From assembly GCA_003427395.1 (NCBI GenBank), contig BFEA01000020.1, positions 2,175,941-2,239,452 of the forward strand: a DNA stretch of 63,512 nucleotides. The letters run 5' to 3'. The DNA comes from Chara braunii (taxonomy: Eukaryota; Plantae; Charophyceae). The notes below the pieces were generated by a model that made no database searches, had not been told where the DNA came from, and was given only the letters and a program-made list of their open reading frames with translations. Position numbers and translations under genes: made by a program. This document shows, in pieces, positions 26,237 to 38,628 of the stretch; the stretch's first letter is position 1, and every line of letters starts with the position of its first letter.

Positions 26237-26566
26237 CCTGTCTGTCTGCCTGTCGGTGTGCCTGTCTGCCTATCTGCCTGTCTTCCTAAGTCTGATTGTT
26301 TGTCTGTCTGTGTGCCTGTCTGCCTGCCTGCACACCTGTCTGTCTGTCTTCCTGAGTCTGCCTGTCTGCTTGTCTGTTCAACCTGGCAGACGGGCAAACA
26401 GGCAGACATGCCGACAAACAAACAAACAGGCAGACAAACATACAGACAGACAAACAAACAGTCGGACAGACAGACAATTTGTATGTCCGTCTGTCTATCT
26501 CTGCGTCTGCCTGTCTGTCTGCCTGTCTGTCTGCCTGTCTGCTTGTCTGTCTGTCTACATGCCTGT
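26237..26566. repeat. Degenerate (CTGT/CTGC)n tract with a central inverted (CAGA)n block
   Basis: Directly visible. Confidence 0.8.
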
Positions 26567-28106
26567 TTCGGTGGTCTTCCCTGGGCCTGTCTCCGTGACC
26601 TGCTCCTAGCCTGTGTCCCCGACTGCCAAGGTCCAGGTCAACATGGCACAGGCCCAGTCAACCTCCACACAGGCCTGGGCAGCGGCTTAAGTAATTGCCA
26701 TTACAGGCCCGGGCCCAGACCCAGGTCTACGGCGGTACACGCCGAGACCATGGCCATGTCAACGTCCGCCACTGGGCGCAGGCCTGTACTTGGAGCCCTG
26801 GAAAAAAAAAAAAAAAAAAAAAAAAAACCATCGTGACAAGTCCAGTACAGGACCAACTCAACATCAGGATAATAAACAAAATAAATTTGATGTTGACNNN
26901 NNNNNNNNNNNNNNNNNNNNNNNNNNNNNNNNNNNNNNNNNNNNNNNNNNNNNNNNNNNNNNNNNNNNNNNNNNNNNNNNNNNNNNNNNNNNNNNNNNNN
27001 NNNNNNNNNNNNNNNNNNNNNNNNNNNNNNNNNNNNNNNNNNNNNNNNNNNNNNNNNNNNNNNNNNNNNNNNNNNNNNNNNNNNNNNNNNNNNNNNNNNN
27101 NNNNNNNNNNNNNNNNNNNNNNNNNNNNNNNNNNNNNNNNNNNNNNNNNNNNNNNNNNNNNNNNNNNNNNNNGTGTGCATGGTGCAATTCTCTTTTCTTT
27201 CTTTATGTCTCCGAACGTTCTTTATTCTCGTCGAACGTGGTAACCGGTTATGGTTGACGTCTCACGGTGGCTACGGCTTGTGTTCGATTTGTCCCGCGGT
27301 GTGATCATCCTCGGAAGCATCGTACGTGGCAGGGAGGATCATATTCGTTCGGTGGAGATACTCGGCGTGATCGTCCGTGGAGGTGGTTATGACAAGGGAA
27401 GAGAATTGCGGTGAGGGGTGAGGTGCTTGATCTTCTTCGTTATCGCGGTGGCTGCGGCTTATCACGGAAGCGTGGTCGTCTCCATTATCGTGATGGCTAC
27501 TGCTTAGACGTGGTGTGTACCGCGGCGTGATCGTCCTCGGTAGTACCGTATGTGGCAGGGAGGAGTTGAGCAGCATGGCATGATCGTCCTCGACGGTTCT
27601 GTGTGACGAGCAAGGGTGTTTGTCGTCATGATAGAAAAAAATTGTGGTGAGGATGGTAAAGAAGGGCATAGCACGGTGTAGAGCAGTGGTCTGTCGTGCA
27701 TGTGTGCTCGTGCTCAGCGTATGCGGTATATCGATGCTGTGGCAGCTTGGGAAGAAGAGCGGCGGGAACGTGTGGGAAGTCGAAGTGCGCATTAAAGTTA
27801 CGTATGAGCGGAGGTAGAGGTTAGGGGGATGACGGACAAGAATTTTAGGGAAGCAGAATTTGATAGGCTATGGTTAGACCTTGAGAAGATTATCTACGAT
27901 AGCGTAGTACCGTTGATCTTCGTTGCATTAGAGTTTAGGGACGAGAGCTCGAGGGAGGAGTTGGTAAGCGAGCTCGAAAGGTGCCTAGGGAGACTTTATA
28001 GCGTGGGGTGTGTAGTAAGGGACAGGAGGAGGAGGAGGAGGAGGCAGTGGAGGAGGAGGAGGAGGAGGAGGAGGCAGTGGAGGAGGAGAGGCGGAGGGTA
28101 AGAAAG

Positions 28107-29034
28107 ATGCAGAACGGTACGTTCCCTCAGATGGAGAACGGGGTGGTCCCGCAGATCCAAGGATACGGAGGAGGGGGTGGTGGAGTTAACCAGTCGGTGG
28201 GTCGTTTCTTGTTACCTATGTGGAAAGGCTGGCCACTACGCACGAAATTGTTGGGCGGGGGGGAATGGAAGACCTCCAGCCCAGCAACAGTCTAACGTAC
28301 CGGTGACGGTAGTTCATGACGAAGCAAAGGAAATGCGAGAATATTTCCGAGAAAAGATTAGAAAGAGAAAACTTGAGGAGGTGAGGAAGGAGAAGGAAAA
28401 AGAGGATAGACGGCGGAGAGAAGAGGAGAACAGGAGGGAGCAGGGAAGAATGAGGGAGGCTGATATGAAAGAGGCCCGATTGGAGGCCAAGCTAATTCGT
28501 ATGCTTGCACAGCATAATCGGTCGAATGCCAAGGCGGAAAGCTCCGGGGTTAAGAAGAAGTCACCGAGAACGAAAGCTCGAGTCATTAGGGAGATGCGCA
28601 ATTATCTGGATGAGTCGGAGGACGACAGCGAGGAGGTTAAAGAGGAAGCGGTAAAGCTGGTTGAGGCCATCGAAAGGAGGAAGGGGAAGGCCAGGATGAT
28701 CGGGGAGGAAGGGAGGGTTTCGAGAATCCCGAGGCGCGGAAACAGGGGCGACCCGGTGAGAGTCGATGATGACGAAGAAATTCAGACACCTCCGCCTGCG
28801 AAGAAGGAACCAGAGGGGGGCGTGGCAGACCCGGGGATGCTGGAGTTAACGATTGAAATGCATAAGCATCTATCGGCGAAGAAGGTGCCCGAGTTGCGGA
28901 AGCTATGTAACGAGGAGGGGATCGAGTGGTCACGTAAGGATGTAGCCATCGGGGAGCTTGTGAAATGTAGGGCGAGGCTGGCCTACGAGGAGTTCAACGA
29001 GAGCGGACGGATTGCTCCGTTGTTTGAGAAGTAA
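28107..29034 (+). CDS. PLE ORF1: CCHC knuckle, coiled coil and SAP-like C-terminus (one frameshift near 28200)
   Basis: CYLCGKAGHYARNC; E/K/R-rich helix; LSAKKVPELRKLCNEEGI..SRKDVAIGEL. Confidence 0.7.
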
Positions 29035-29045
29035 AGGAGGTAAGT

Positions 29046-31820
29046 ATGAAGGAGGTGAAGAGGATTATGCTTACCCGGGGTGGGAGAGTGAATGATCGCC
29101 GGGAGGGTTTGAATGCTGACCAGGAGGATCAGATATTTAGGATGTTTCTGTTGTGTGTTATCAGGGGAGAATGTCGGTGGGCGAGGAAGTGGGTGGGTCT
29201 GGTTAGTGGGGAAGAAGGGGAGCTTTCTACGCGGGAGCTAGGTGTGTATGCATTAGTGAGTCCATGGTGCCGACATTTCTACATTGGATGTACCACGCGG
29301 ACCGTGATCAAGAGGTGGTCCGATCACGTTAAGTTGGTAATGAATGGCGTTATGGGGAATGCTCCAAAATTGCATGCGTGGCTTCATATTTTTGGGTGGG
29401 AGAAGTATCTGCTCATTCCTTTGGTGAGTGGGATCCAGGACCTGAATTTTCTCGAGAAAGCGTTATCCGGAGGTTTTCAGCAGTCCTGAATACGCAGGGG
29501 ATGGGAAGAGAAGTGAAGAAGGTAAGGAGGAGGAGAGGGAAGAGGGAGAGGGGGAAGAGGGGGTCACATGTATGGGGAGGGGTGATGATTAAGTTCGACG
29601 ACCGGGTCTCACTCGTTGATCTGATGAAGGAATTGCAAGGGAAGCGCGGGGTACATTATATCAGGGTGTCAAGGGGGACGATATGGGGTGATAAGTGGAA
29701 GGTGGTGCGGGAAAAAGTGGGGGAGAGCACGATAATGGTAGGGGGGTTAAGGAAGCCCGTTAAGGAGTGTAAGCAGATTATGGAGGGTGGAGGGAGATTT
29801 CAGGTGGTGAAGGTGAAAGTTCTACCATCCGGTATCGAACATCGGAAGTACATCCTGAGGGATGTTATGGCGCAGCCTTGGAGAATACGCACGATGTATG
29901 GCAAGAGCTCCCGAGAGTTAATCGCACTATACCGGACCGCTGGGCTATTCTCCGAGAAGAGTAGTAGGAATCACCTGAAGAATATCTTGACCCGAATCGT
30001 GAGGGGGAAGTATGGACAGGAAATCCGAAGGAAACCATGTGTGAAGGTACCTTTCTCTCCGAACATAAACCTAGGCGCAGTGAAGCAGGTGGCAGCCGAG
30101 TTCGTACAAAGTGCCATGGGGGATCAGGATATTGCGCGGTTCATTGCAGGAAGGGTGAGGGTAGTGGTGAAGAAGAGGATGACTGTCGGCATGATCATCC
30201 ATAACCATTGGAACGTTGCAGAGGAGAGTGAGGTCGTGTGTACATGTGATCACTTTGATCTACCCAGAACCAACGGCCACGTAAAGGTAAGATTATGCGA
30301 CATTGATGACTTACCAATATTCCTGTGGAATTCGAAGAATGTGACGTACGGGTGCAGCATATCACCTGAGGCTTTGGTGGGGTACATTGAAGAAGGAGTT
30401 GAAGGATGGGTAAGAGGGAACATGATCCATTGCCCTCGCGAGGCAGTCGATCGGTGCTACCGAATGGTACGTGATGGGAGTAGAGGAGCCATGAGCGTGA
30501 GTGAGGTCAGATTATGCTTTCAGAAGTACAGGAATTTGGTGGCGGTTCCGATTGACAGAAATCCCGGTGCCACGCTGTTAATTTGTTCTGTTCTTTACCT
30601 TCGTGCATGTAAGGAGACCTTCAGTTGGAATCAGAGTTTTCTGATCTGTGATGAGACAGAAGATTGGGTGCTGAGGAAGATGAAGAGGGAGTACGAACGT
30701 ATGGAGTTGAAGACGATAGCCATGTGGCAGACGGGAGGGAAGATCGGTCGCGCCTATGTCCTCCCCAAGGACAAGGATCTTGACCGATGGCGTCCGATTT
30801 CCCCCTGTGTTTATGACCCAACTAGGTTGGCAGGAGTGAGGGTAGGGAGGGCAGTTAGGTACATGCTGTTTGCCGTTTGAAGATCCGAACATTTCGACCT
30901 GAGATCGACTGATGAGCTGAGGTGGAGATGCGAGACGTTTCAAAGGGAGTTGAGGGAAGGAGGGGATGGGGTGCTCGCGAGGAGTTGCGACATCAAGGAC
31001 ATGTTCGCTAAGCTGTCACATCCGAAGGTTATGGAGGCGGTGGAATGGCTGGTAGGATGTCATGAGAGGAATGGAATGAGGGGGGTGAGAGTGAGTCAGA
31101 GAGGAAAGATGTGCGCAATGACGAAGAATCTGAGGAAAGTTGACGGGTTCGTAAACTTGTCGTATGATGACATTGCGAAGGAAGTGAAGTTCGAGTTGGC
31201 GCATTCCTATATCCAGTGTGCAGGAACGATGCTAAGACAGATCTTTGGGATTCCCATGGGGAGGAATTCCAGCCCAGCGTTAGCATGCTTGGTATGTGCT
31301 AAGTCCGAAGCAAGTTTTATGAGCCAAGTGAGCAGATCCAAGGTAGTAGCAAGGGGGATGAGGATGATTGATGACGTGGCAGTAATGGTTGGCTTCAAGA
31401 CTAACCAGCCGGGTATGGGAGGAAGCAGCAGCGATACTGGACGAGTTTGAAGGATGCTATGATGAGAATCTGGTGATGGTCCGGAAAGATGGAAATGGGA
31501 ACGTTTTTGATTTCCTGGGGGCACGTGTATTTGTCATGATGGCACCTATTAGCATTGAAATACACCCCATGACCAGGAACCAGCTGTACCTACGCGAGGA
31601 AGGGAAACTGAAGGTTCAATCGTTACAAGACTATGCCTCGTTCACGAGGAAAGCCGCGATCGCAGCTTTAATGATGGAAACACGCCTCCGGGGGTATCCC
31701 CCAGAGGTGTCTCTCAGCGCCTTGGCGAGGTTCGCCAGGATGTCGGGTGGTCAGTGGAGGGTTTATCTCTCTACTGAGTACCCCCGACTCAGGGAATTTG
31801 TGGGTCGAAGGGAAGGGTAA
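29046..31820 (+). pseudogene. PLE ORF2: GIY-YIG endonuclease plus reverse transcriptase
   Basis: GVYALVSPWCRHFYIGCT..RWSDH; CTC..H linker; PIDRNPG; LPKDKDLDRWRPI; CDIKDMF; GIPMGRNSSP; RMIDD; DFLG. Frameshifts at ~29460 and ~31410, and an in-frame TGA at 30878. Confidence 0.88.
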
Positions 31821-34800
31821 GAAAAAAAGTAGGAGGCAGTCTACTGTATTCTAGTTTTTTGTTTGTTAGTTGCCGCAGTATTTAATTTCTAATTTGTTTC
31901 GGAGCCGTCTTTGAATTTTTGTGCAGATAGTACATACAAAGGACCGGTTCGGTACCCCTGAGGATTTTTTTTGGTACGTTTGGAGAGATGCAGCGTCGGC
32001 AGTGTTCGTTTCAGCCTAGACTTCGGATACTCGAGGTGAGGAGTCGCGCTCGCGCGGAGCCGGGGTAATTTTGGGATGTCGGAGATGGTGGGAGAGGACG
32101 TGCAGGATCACGAAGGTTGAGAGGAGTAGAGGGTTTGACGGACGCAGCGCCTCAGAAGGAGACGGGGCGTGCAGAGTCCGGAAGAGGGGGATCCTATCTT
32201 TGGGAAGTGAAGGGAAGNCGTGACCGCGAGTAGATGGGAGAGATGAAGAATCGGACCAGCGCAATGTTGGCAGGCGAGACGGGAAGGAGGATGAGACGGG
32301 AGACCAGGAACGTGAGAAGACGAGGAGAAAAATGGCAAGGAGGGTATGTGGGAGACNNNNNNNNNNNNNNNNNNNNNNNNNNNNNNNNNNNACGAAACAA
32401 AACGACAAAAAATAAAATAAAAAAGGAGGCCGGACACAAACCGACACGGAATGCTATCCGACGGTGGGCGCGTCGAGATATTCATCCGCATCGACGCCCG
32501 CCGTGTACCCGGCCCCGTGGGCGCGCTCTCTCGTTTAGTGGCACGCTGTGAACAATTTGGTACGCGCGGCGCACGACACTCTGCACGCCCACCCGCCCTC
32601 GATCGCCTTCATCCGCCGGTCCGCACCGAAACTTCGACCTGATTCTGGCGCGGAGTCGAGCTCCCCCCCGCGGCCAATGCTGCTTAAGGGGTAGGATTTT
32701 TCTAATTCAGACCCTTTCAGAGTTTCGGACCATTTGCTGATTTTGATGTGCGTCATCCTTGCATAGGGGGAAAAGCTAATCTTCTCTTTATCGATCCAAC
32801 TTTAGTGGATGTCAAAAAGGACCCCAAACAAAATTTGCAACAGACGAATTCTGGAATATCATTTTTAAACATAGTAAATGATAGTATAGTATAAAGGTGA
32901 TACGAACTTACTATAACAAACTAAGTGCACACAACCTTTTTAGCGGTGACAAATTCTAGCAATGATTTTTAGCAACATCTCTATGATGGCCACTTCAAAA
33001 AGTTTGCATGCTTGGGAACCACCACCCTCTTGTTTCAATCGAGTTTACATTTCATTCCAAAATTGAAATGCTAGTTGACAAACTGACAATTCAACAAATT
33101 TCAAACTTGAAATGCGTTCCTTGAGAAAGTCTGCTTATTACTCACGTAGAAGCTGACGGATGCATTCATTTTGAAAACACCGATCAATCCTTTTGCGAGG
33201 ATTGAAAAATCTGTAATTGATATTGGATCCTTCCAGCATGTGAACCACCCTGTGTAATACTCCCTGCATATCAAGAATAATGCAAGGCAAATGAGAAACA
33301 GCGAAATCACAGAATTCCAAATCGGACATCATGTTGAAAGCCAGATAGTCGTGACCTGTCCAGAAAGCAGAAATGCACAGAAGTCACAACAAAGGAGAAT
33401 CAAAGCAGCGAACTCAATGGTCAATGAAAGCCCTCTCTTGCCACCACCAACAATGTATCCAAAGTTCTTTCTCCCTATTGGCACTCAGCGCCGAGACTAC
33501 AATTGCACAGCTCCTATACTAGCCTACTCTAATGATGAAGCAACTAGATGACTTCAGCAGCAGCAACCAAAGTAAGTGCATATGTCGCCCATGCAGACCT
33601 CCGTGACAACCAGGTACGTGTTCTCTCACCCTTTTTTCTCTCACTCGCCCTCTTCTTGCTCCCCGTCGGCTTCACCCCCACTTTCCTTCCTCAACCAAGG
33701 AACACCACCAACCCCGCTGACCTCTCTCAGCTTGAGCTTGGCTATGAAAGGCTGGGCTATGGCGCTGCTCGCATGCTGCGCCATTCCGCTAGCGGCTGCT
33801 GAGCGCTTGTTTCAGCAGCGCTGCCGCCCAGCCAGCAAGTATCTGAATGCCTGATTGGTAGGGGAGCGCTTTCCTAAATGGAAAGTGCTTGGCTCTGCTT
33901 GCTGCCTGGGCCTGGTGACCGTGTGCCCAGTAGCTTCACATTGGGCCGAAGTTTCGGCGCCAAGGCCAGAGAGTGGCCTGGGCACTCAACAGTTAGGTGA
34001 GCCCCAACTGCACAACGTGAGCCTTGTCACTCTCTGCTTGTGATTGGCCAATAGGCCTGCTTCCATGCCATGCCTCAGATGCCTGGAAAAGCCTAGAATG
34101 CTCAGGCTTGTCTCGGTTGCTCGTGAGCAGGGCCCATGTAACCAATTGGCGTGGTGTAACTATCTGGGGCCCTGGAGCCCTCAAAATGGCGAAATTCGGG
34201 CCTCGTAAAAATGTGCAGGCCCGCCTTCACTTACGGCGGGCACAGGGCTTGCACCCATATGCCAAGGACATGTGGAATGAACCCAATCGCGAAAAGAAGC
34301 CAATCAGTGTCGTGATACAAGTCTGAAACCAGATGACAAATAACGTCTCCAAACCGTTTATATATCCATGCCCAGCATATATGCACTTCCCAAAGAACAT
34401 TGTAACCTCAGAGAAGAGAAGAGGTGGTGGGGAGAACAGACAGAGAGGAGGAGAAGAAGAACAAGAGTCCCTGTCACTCATGCATGAAGCCTCTTGTATC
34501 CAACTTCCTCCTCGGGCAGTATCTTCCCACCTGTCGCCACCTCAGCAATGCAGTTTCTCTCCGACTTCATAGTGTTGACTCATATTGACCAGCCTCAGGT
34601 CTCCTTGGGTCGACAGCCCAGATGAACCGGAAGCCAATGGCCTGGATGCAGCGACGTTGCAGATTTCCCACGTGTCCCACTTGGACCAGATTCTTCTGGA
34701 TACCTGCAGACAACCAATGATGTGCATCTGATCGACGATCGTGGCTGACCAGCGGGTTGACTTTGACTTTGGGCCTGGAATCCCGTGCTGAGGTTGACTC

Positions 34801-35766
34801 TGGATTTTCCAAGAGTCAACTGCCTCACGTTGGGGTACTGGACACAGCCTTTGACACAGACCCTGGTACCTCTCGACATTAGGCACTTTCTCAGACATTT
34901 CACAGACTTGGGACATGACTTTTGACCTCTGTTTCTGACCTTCGACCAAAAGTGACGACCCTTAGCCCTCGGCCATGCAGATTTGAGCTGAGTTATTGCA
35001 CACGGATCCTTGCAATAAGACCCAAACCAATGGCCTTTAAAAAAAAAAGACCGAAAAAACAGAGGGAGAAGTTAATGTGTAATGAAATCGTACGTTGAAG
35101 CTCAAATCATCATCATACATGTACTCACAATGCTCAAATGATTGACGAATCAGCAAGAGAGAACGATAGTATCACATGAGGATAAAGAAGAGTGAGAAGT
35201 AGAGAATACCTATAGAAGATCAACTCTATACTAAAGGAAGAAGAGGGCCCACCTGGCCGAGCCCAATGGGGAAAGTGTGAGGGCAGGGATCATGGTACAG
35301 GCCCACTTTGGCGCTGTGCAGCTCAAATAAAACTTGCACAACACGGCACAAATATGACATGCCGTGCTGGAAACAAGAGGTCTAGAAGGCCCCACTGGAA
35401 TATGAATCCGGTCGGAAGAGTGGCAGTCACACGTTATGGCTTGTAAAGGCACTGAGGGGCTTGCAGTTGAGAAGGCCTAGAGAGGAAGAACTAAGTCTGC
35501 CCGAACTTCTGATTGAACAGGTCTAGAAAACCCACAGGCGGACCTCGAAAAACGGCCTAAACTTTAGAGGAAACCGTGGAAGATTGTCAGTCATTCAATC
35601 GTAAGATTGGCTGGCTTAGAATTCCCTCATGTCCTTTGAGAACTACCAAAGGAGGGGATCCTGGAAAAGTCTGGTAGGGCTACTGGATCATGAATCTTGC
35701 CCAATTTCAAACCAGGTTCAACAGGGCCTACCAGTTTAATGAGAAAGCCATGCACACACCCTGCGC

Positions 35767-35804
35767 CTGTCTCTTATACACATCTAGATGTGTATAAGAG
35801 ACAG
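35767..35804. other. Nextera mate-pair junction adapter (assembly artefact)
   Basis: Exact CTGTCTCTTATACACATCT-AGATGTGTATAAGAGACAG, i.e. two head-to-head Tn5 mosaic ends. Confidence 0.98.
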
Positions 35805-35869
35805 CTCTCTCTCTCTCTCTCTCTCAACAAAAAAAAGAAAAGTCCAAAAAAAAAAAAAAAAAAAAAACC

Positions 35870-36504
35870 ACGGGGGTTTGCAACGTGGCCACCACGCAAA
35901 GGATCGGGGTTGGGATCGCATTCGGGATAGGGGATCGGGATTGCAAAAAGAAAGAAAACGGGATCAGGGTCGAGATCAGCATTCGCGAGAGGATGGCGCC
36001 AATCCTATTGAAGACGGGATCATGGTCGGCGTCGCCGTGGGAATCGGATAGTCATCGGGACCAACAAACCCAATCAATCAATCAGTCAATCAAATCAATC
36101 AATCAAATCGATCAAATCAATCAATCAAATCAATCAATCGTTCAATCAATCAAGCAGTCAGTCAATCAAAGAACCAATCAGTCAATCAATCAACTTGATT
36201 GATTGATTGATTGATTGATCGATTGATTGATTGATTGATTGATTGATTGGGTCGCTATGGGGATCGCGATCGGGGTCGGCGTCAGAATCAGGATCGGGAT
36301 CCCGGGCGGGTTTGCTACGTGGCCACCGCGCAAAGGATCGGGGTTCCGATCGCGGTTGGGACCTAACCCAATCAATCAATCAATCAATCAAATCAATCAC
36401 TCAAATCGATCAAATCAATCAATCAAATCAATCAATCAAACAATCAATCAATCGATCAATCAATAAGTCAGTCAATCAACCAACCAATCAGTCAATCAAT
36501 CAAG

Positions 36505-36536
<32 letters not shown>

Positions 36537-37172
36537 GTCGCCGTGGGGATCACGATCGAGGTCGGCGTCGGAATCAGGGTCGGGATCCCGGGCGGGTTTG
36601 CTACGTGGCCACCACGCAAAGGATCAGGGTCCCGATCGCGGTCGGGATCGAGGTGGGGGAGAGGTCGGCGATTCATTGATCAATCAATCGGTCAACCAAC
36701 CAACCAACCAACCAACCAACCAACCAATCAATCAATCAACCTATCAATCAACCTATCGAAAAAAAAGCGAAGAAAAAAAACCATGTGTTGCGTACAGTAC
36801 GAAAGGAGGAGGAGGAAGAAGAAGAAGAAGAAGAAGTCTTAGAAAAAGAAGATGTGTTCGTCAATCAATCAATCCAAGGTGATCTATCGATGGATTGATC
36901 GATTGATTGACTGATTGATTGATTGATTGAAAAACAAAAAAATACCGTCGGGATTGCGGAGTAGAGTTGGTCGGGTCGGGATCGTGGTCCACTCGGGATC
37001 GAGTTCGGATGGAGTCGGGATGGAGTCGGGATTAGTCAGGATCGAGTTGGGATCGAGTTGGGATTAGTCGGGATCGAGTTGGGATCAAGTCGGGATTAGT
37101 CGGGATCAAGTCGGGATCGAGTCGGGATTAGTCGGGATTAGTCGGGATCGAGTCGGGATCGAGTCAGGGATC
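35870..37172. repeat. Composite tandem repeat: three GC-rich units with (TCAA)n/(TTGA)n tracts, followed by a 10-11-bp GGGATCGAGTC array
   Basis: gggtttgc(t/a)acgtggccacc(a/g)cgcaaaggatc occurs at ~35874, ~36308 and ~36594. Confidence 0.85.
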
Positions 37173-37180
37173 GCTCTCTC

Positions 37181-37221
<41 letters not shown>

Positions 37222-37399
37222 CGCTCTTTCTCTCTCTCTCTTTCTCGGGATCAATCATAAATCCTGCATTTCAACATTGATTGGGTGTGATTACTGGTAT
37301 GGTTGCCTTTCGCGGGGAGGTAGGGTGCGTTTCTCTCCCTCCTGATTCAGATCACTCAAGATAGCTATGGCGTATGGCGCCCAACAATCCCTCCCGACC

Positions 37400-37492
37400 A
37401 AGAAGAAGAAGTAAAGGAAGAAGAAGACGAAGACGAAGAAGAAGACAAAGAAGAACACCAAGAAGAAGAAGACGAAGAAGACAAAGAAGAAG

Positions 37493-37524
<32 letters not shown>

Positions 37525-37655
37525 GAAGAAGAAGACGAAGAAGAAGAAGTAGAAGAAGAAGAAAACGAAGACGAAGAAGACGAAGAAGACGAAGAAGAAG
37601 AAGAAGAAAAAGAAGAAGAAGAAGAAGAAGAAGAAGAAGAAGAAGAAGAAGAAGG
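37400..37655. repeat. (GAA)n-type microsatellite
   Basis: Directly visible. Confidence 0.95.
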
Positions 37656-37835
37656 ACGACCGGAGTTTAAGGAGGAAGAGGAACCTACCAGCAGAAGCCA
37701 TATCTTCCTCTTCTCTTCTTCTCGTCAAATGCAGCAAAATATCTTCTCCTCAAATGTCGTCAAATGTCGCAAAATGTCTCTCTCTCTCTCTCTCTCCCTC
37801 CCTCTCTCTCTCTCTCTCTCCCTCTCTCNNNNNNN

Positions 37836-37892
<57 letters not shown>

Positions 37893-38178
37893 CTATAGTG
37901 CAGGGGCACCTTCTCCTGTGTAGCTATGGCATCCACCCTCTCTCTCTCATTCTAACTATGCGGCCACTCCTCACTCCCTACGTTTTGCAAAGAGTCCGAA
38001 AGACTTTATTTTTATTTGATCTTGATGAGGCATCCGGGCAGCAGTATCTAGACATCAACATTCCGACAGTCCGATTGATTGTCCAAATGTCAACAAAGCT
38101 GCCACAACAGAGCCAATGCGGCTGCCATTACATTCTGGAGTGAGACAATGCACATCTTAACCTCTCCTAAAAAGTTCA

Positions 38179-38246
38179 GCATCCTACAGGATTTGAACCA
38201 GTGACCCTCAACTTAGAAGGTTATTACTCAATCCAGCTAAGAATGG
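38179..38246 (-). pseudogene. trnR: tRNA-Arg(UCU) pseudogene of mitochondrial type
   Basis: Minus strand reads CATTCTTAGCTGGATTGAGTAATAACCT-TCT-AAGTTGAGGGTCACTGGTTCAAATCCTGTAGGATGC. It has a T-loop and acceptor stem, a TCT anticodon and a D-arm deletion. Confidence 0.7.
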
Positions 38247-38407
38247 GACTGAACCACAGCAAATCCAGCAGGTTATTTTATGCATAGATCCGCTCATGCA
38301 CGGCGATTCATGCGTCTCCTCGGCCGCGGGGTTGGGGTTAGTGTCTTATTGGCCGCCTGACTGCTCACAGCAAATGAAGCAAGCGTCTTATTCTATTTGT
38401 GCAGTCA

Positions 38408-38628
38408 TCCACCCGTGCGTTCCCCCCAGTTCTCAGATTTTCTGTAGATGCCACCTACGCGTCCCCCCCCTTCTCGAATTGCCTGTATTCCTAACACGAC
38501 CCACGCGCACCCCCCAGTATCAGATTGCCTGTATCACCGTGCGTTCTCCCCAGTTCTCAGATAGCCTGTATTCCTAATGCCACCTGCGCGTTCCCACCAG
38601 TTCGGAGATTGACTGTATTCCTGATGCC
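38408..38628. repeat. Degenerate ~45-bp minisatellite, 5 copies
   Basis: Consensus approximately ccacctgcgttcccccagttctcagattgcctgtattc. Confidence 0.7.

Larger units (their letters stand above)
27829..31820 (+). mobile_element. Penelope-like retroelement with N-terminal GIY-YIG nuclease (Naiad/Chlamys-type domain order), degenerate
   Basis: GIY-YIG domain precedes a PLE-type RT, and a separate upstream ORF1 is present. Termini are not resolved. Confidence 0.8.

Noticed and set aside
31950-32000. Hammerhead ribozyme after the PLE (CTGAGGA)
   Set aside because: No stem II or GAAA core follows.
33548-34949. Possible host-gene exons
   Set aside because: Splice-like sites are present, but there is no recognisable domain or coherent frame.
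35767-35804. Tn5/IS50 transposon ends
   Set aside because: This is the exact synthetic mosaic-end junction, so it is a library artefact.
37291-37737. Poly-F, poly-R and CV/HT/SL-repeat ORFs here and elsewhere
   Set aside because: These are translations of microsatellites.
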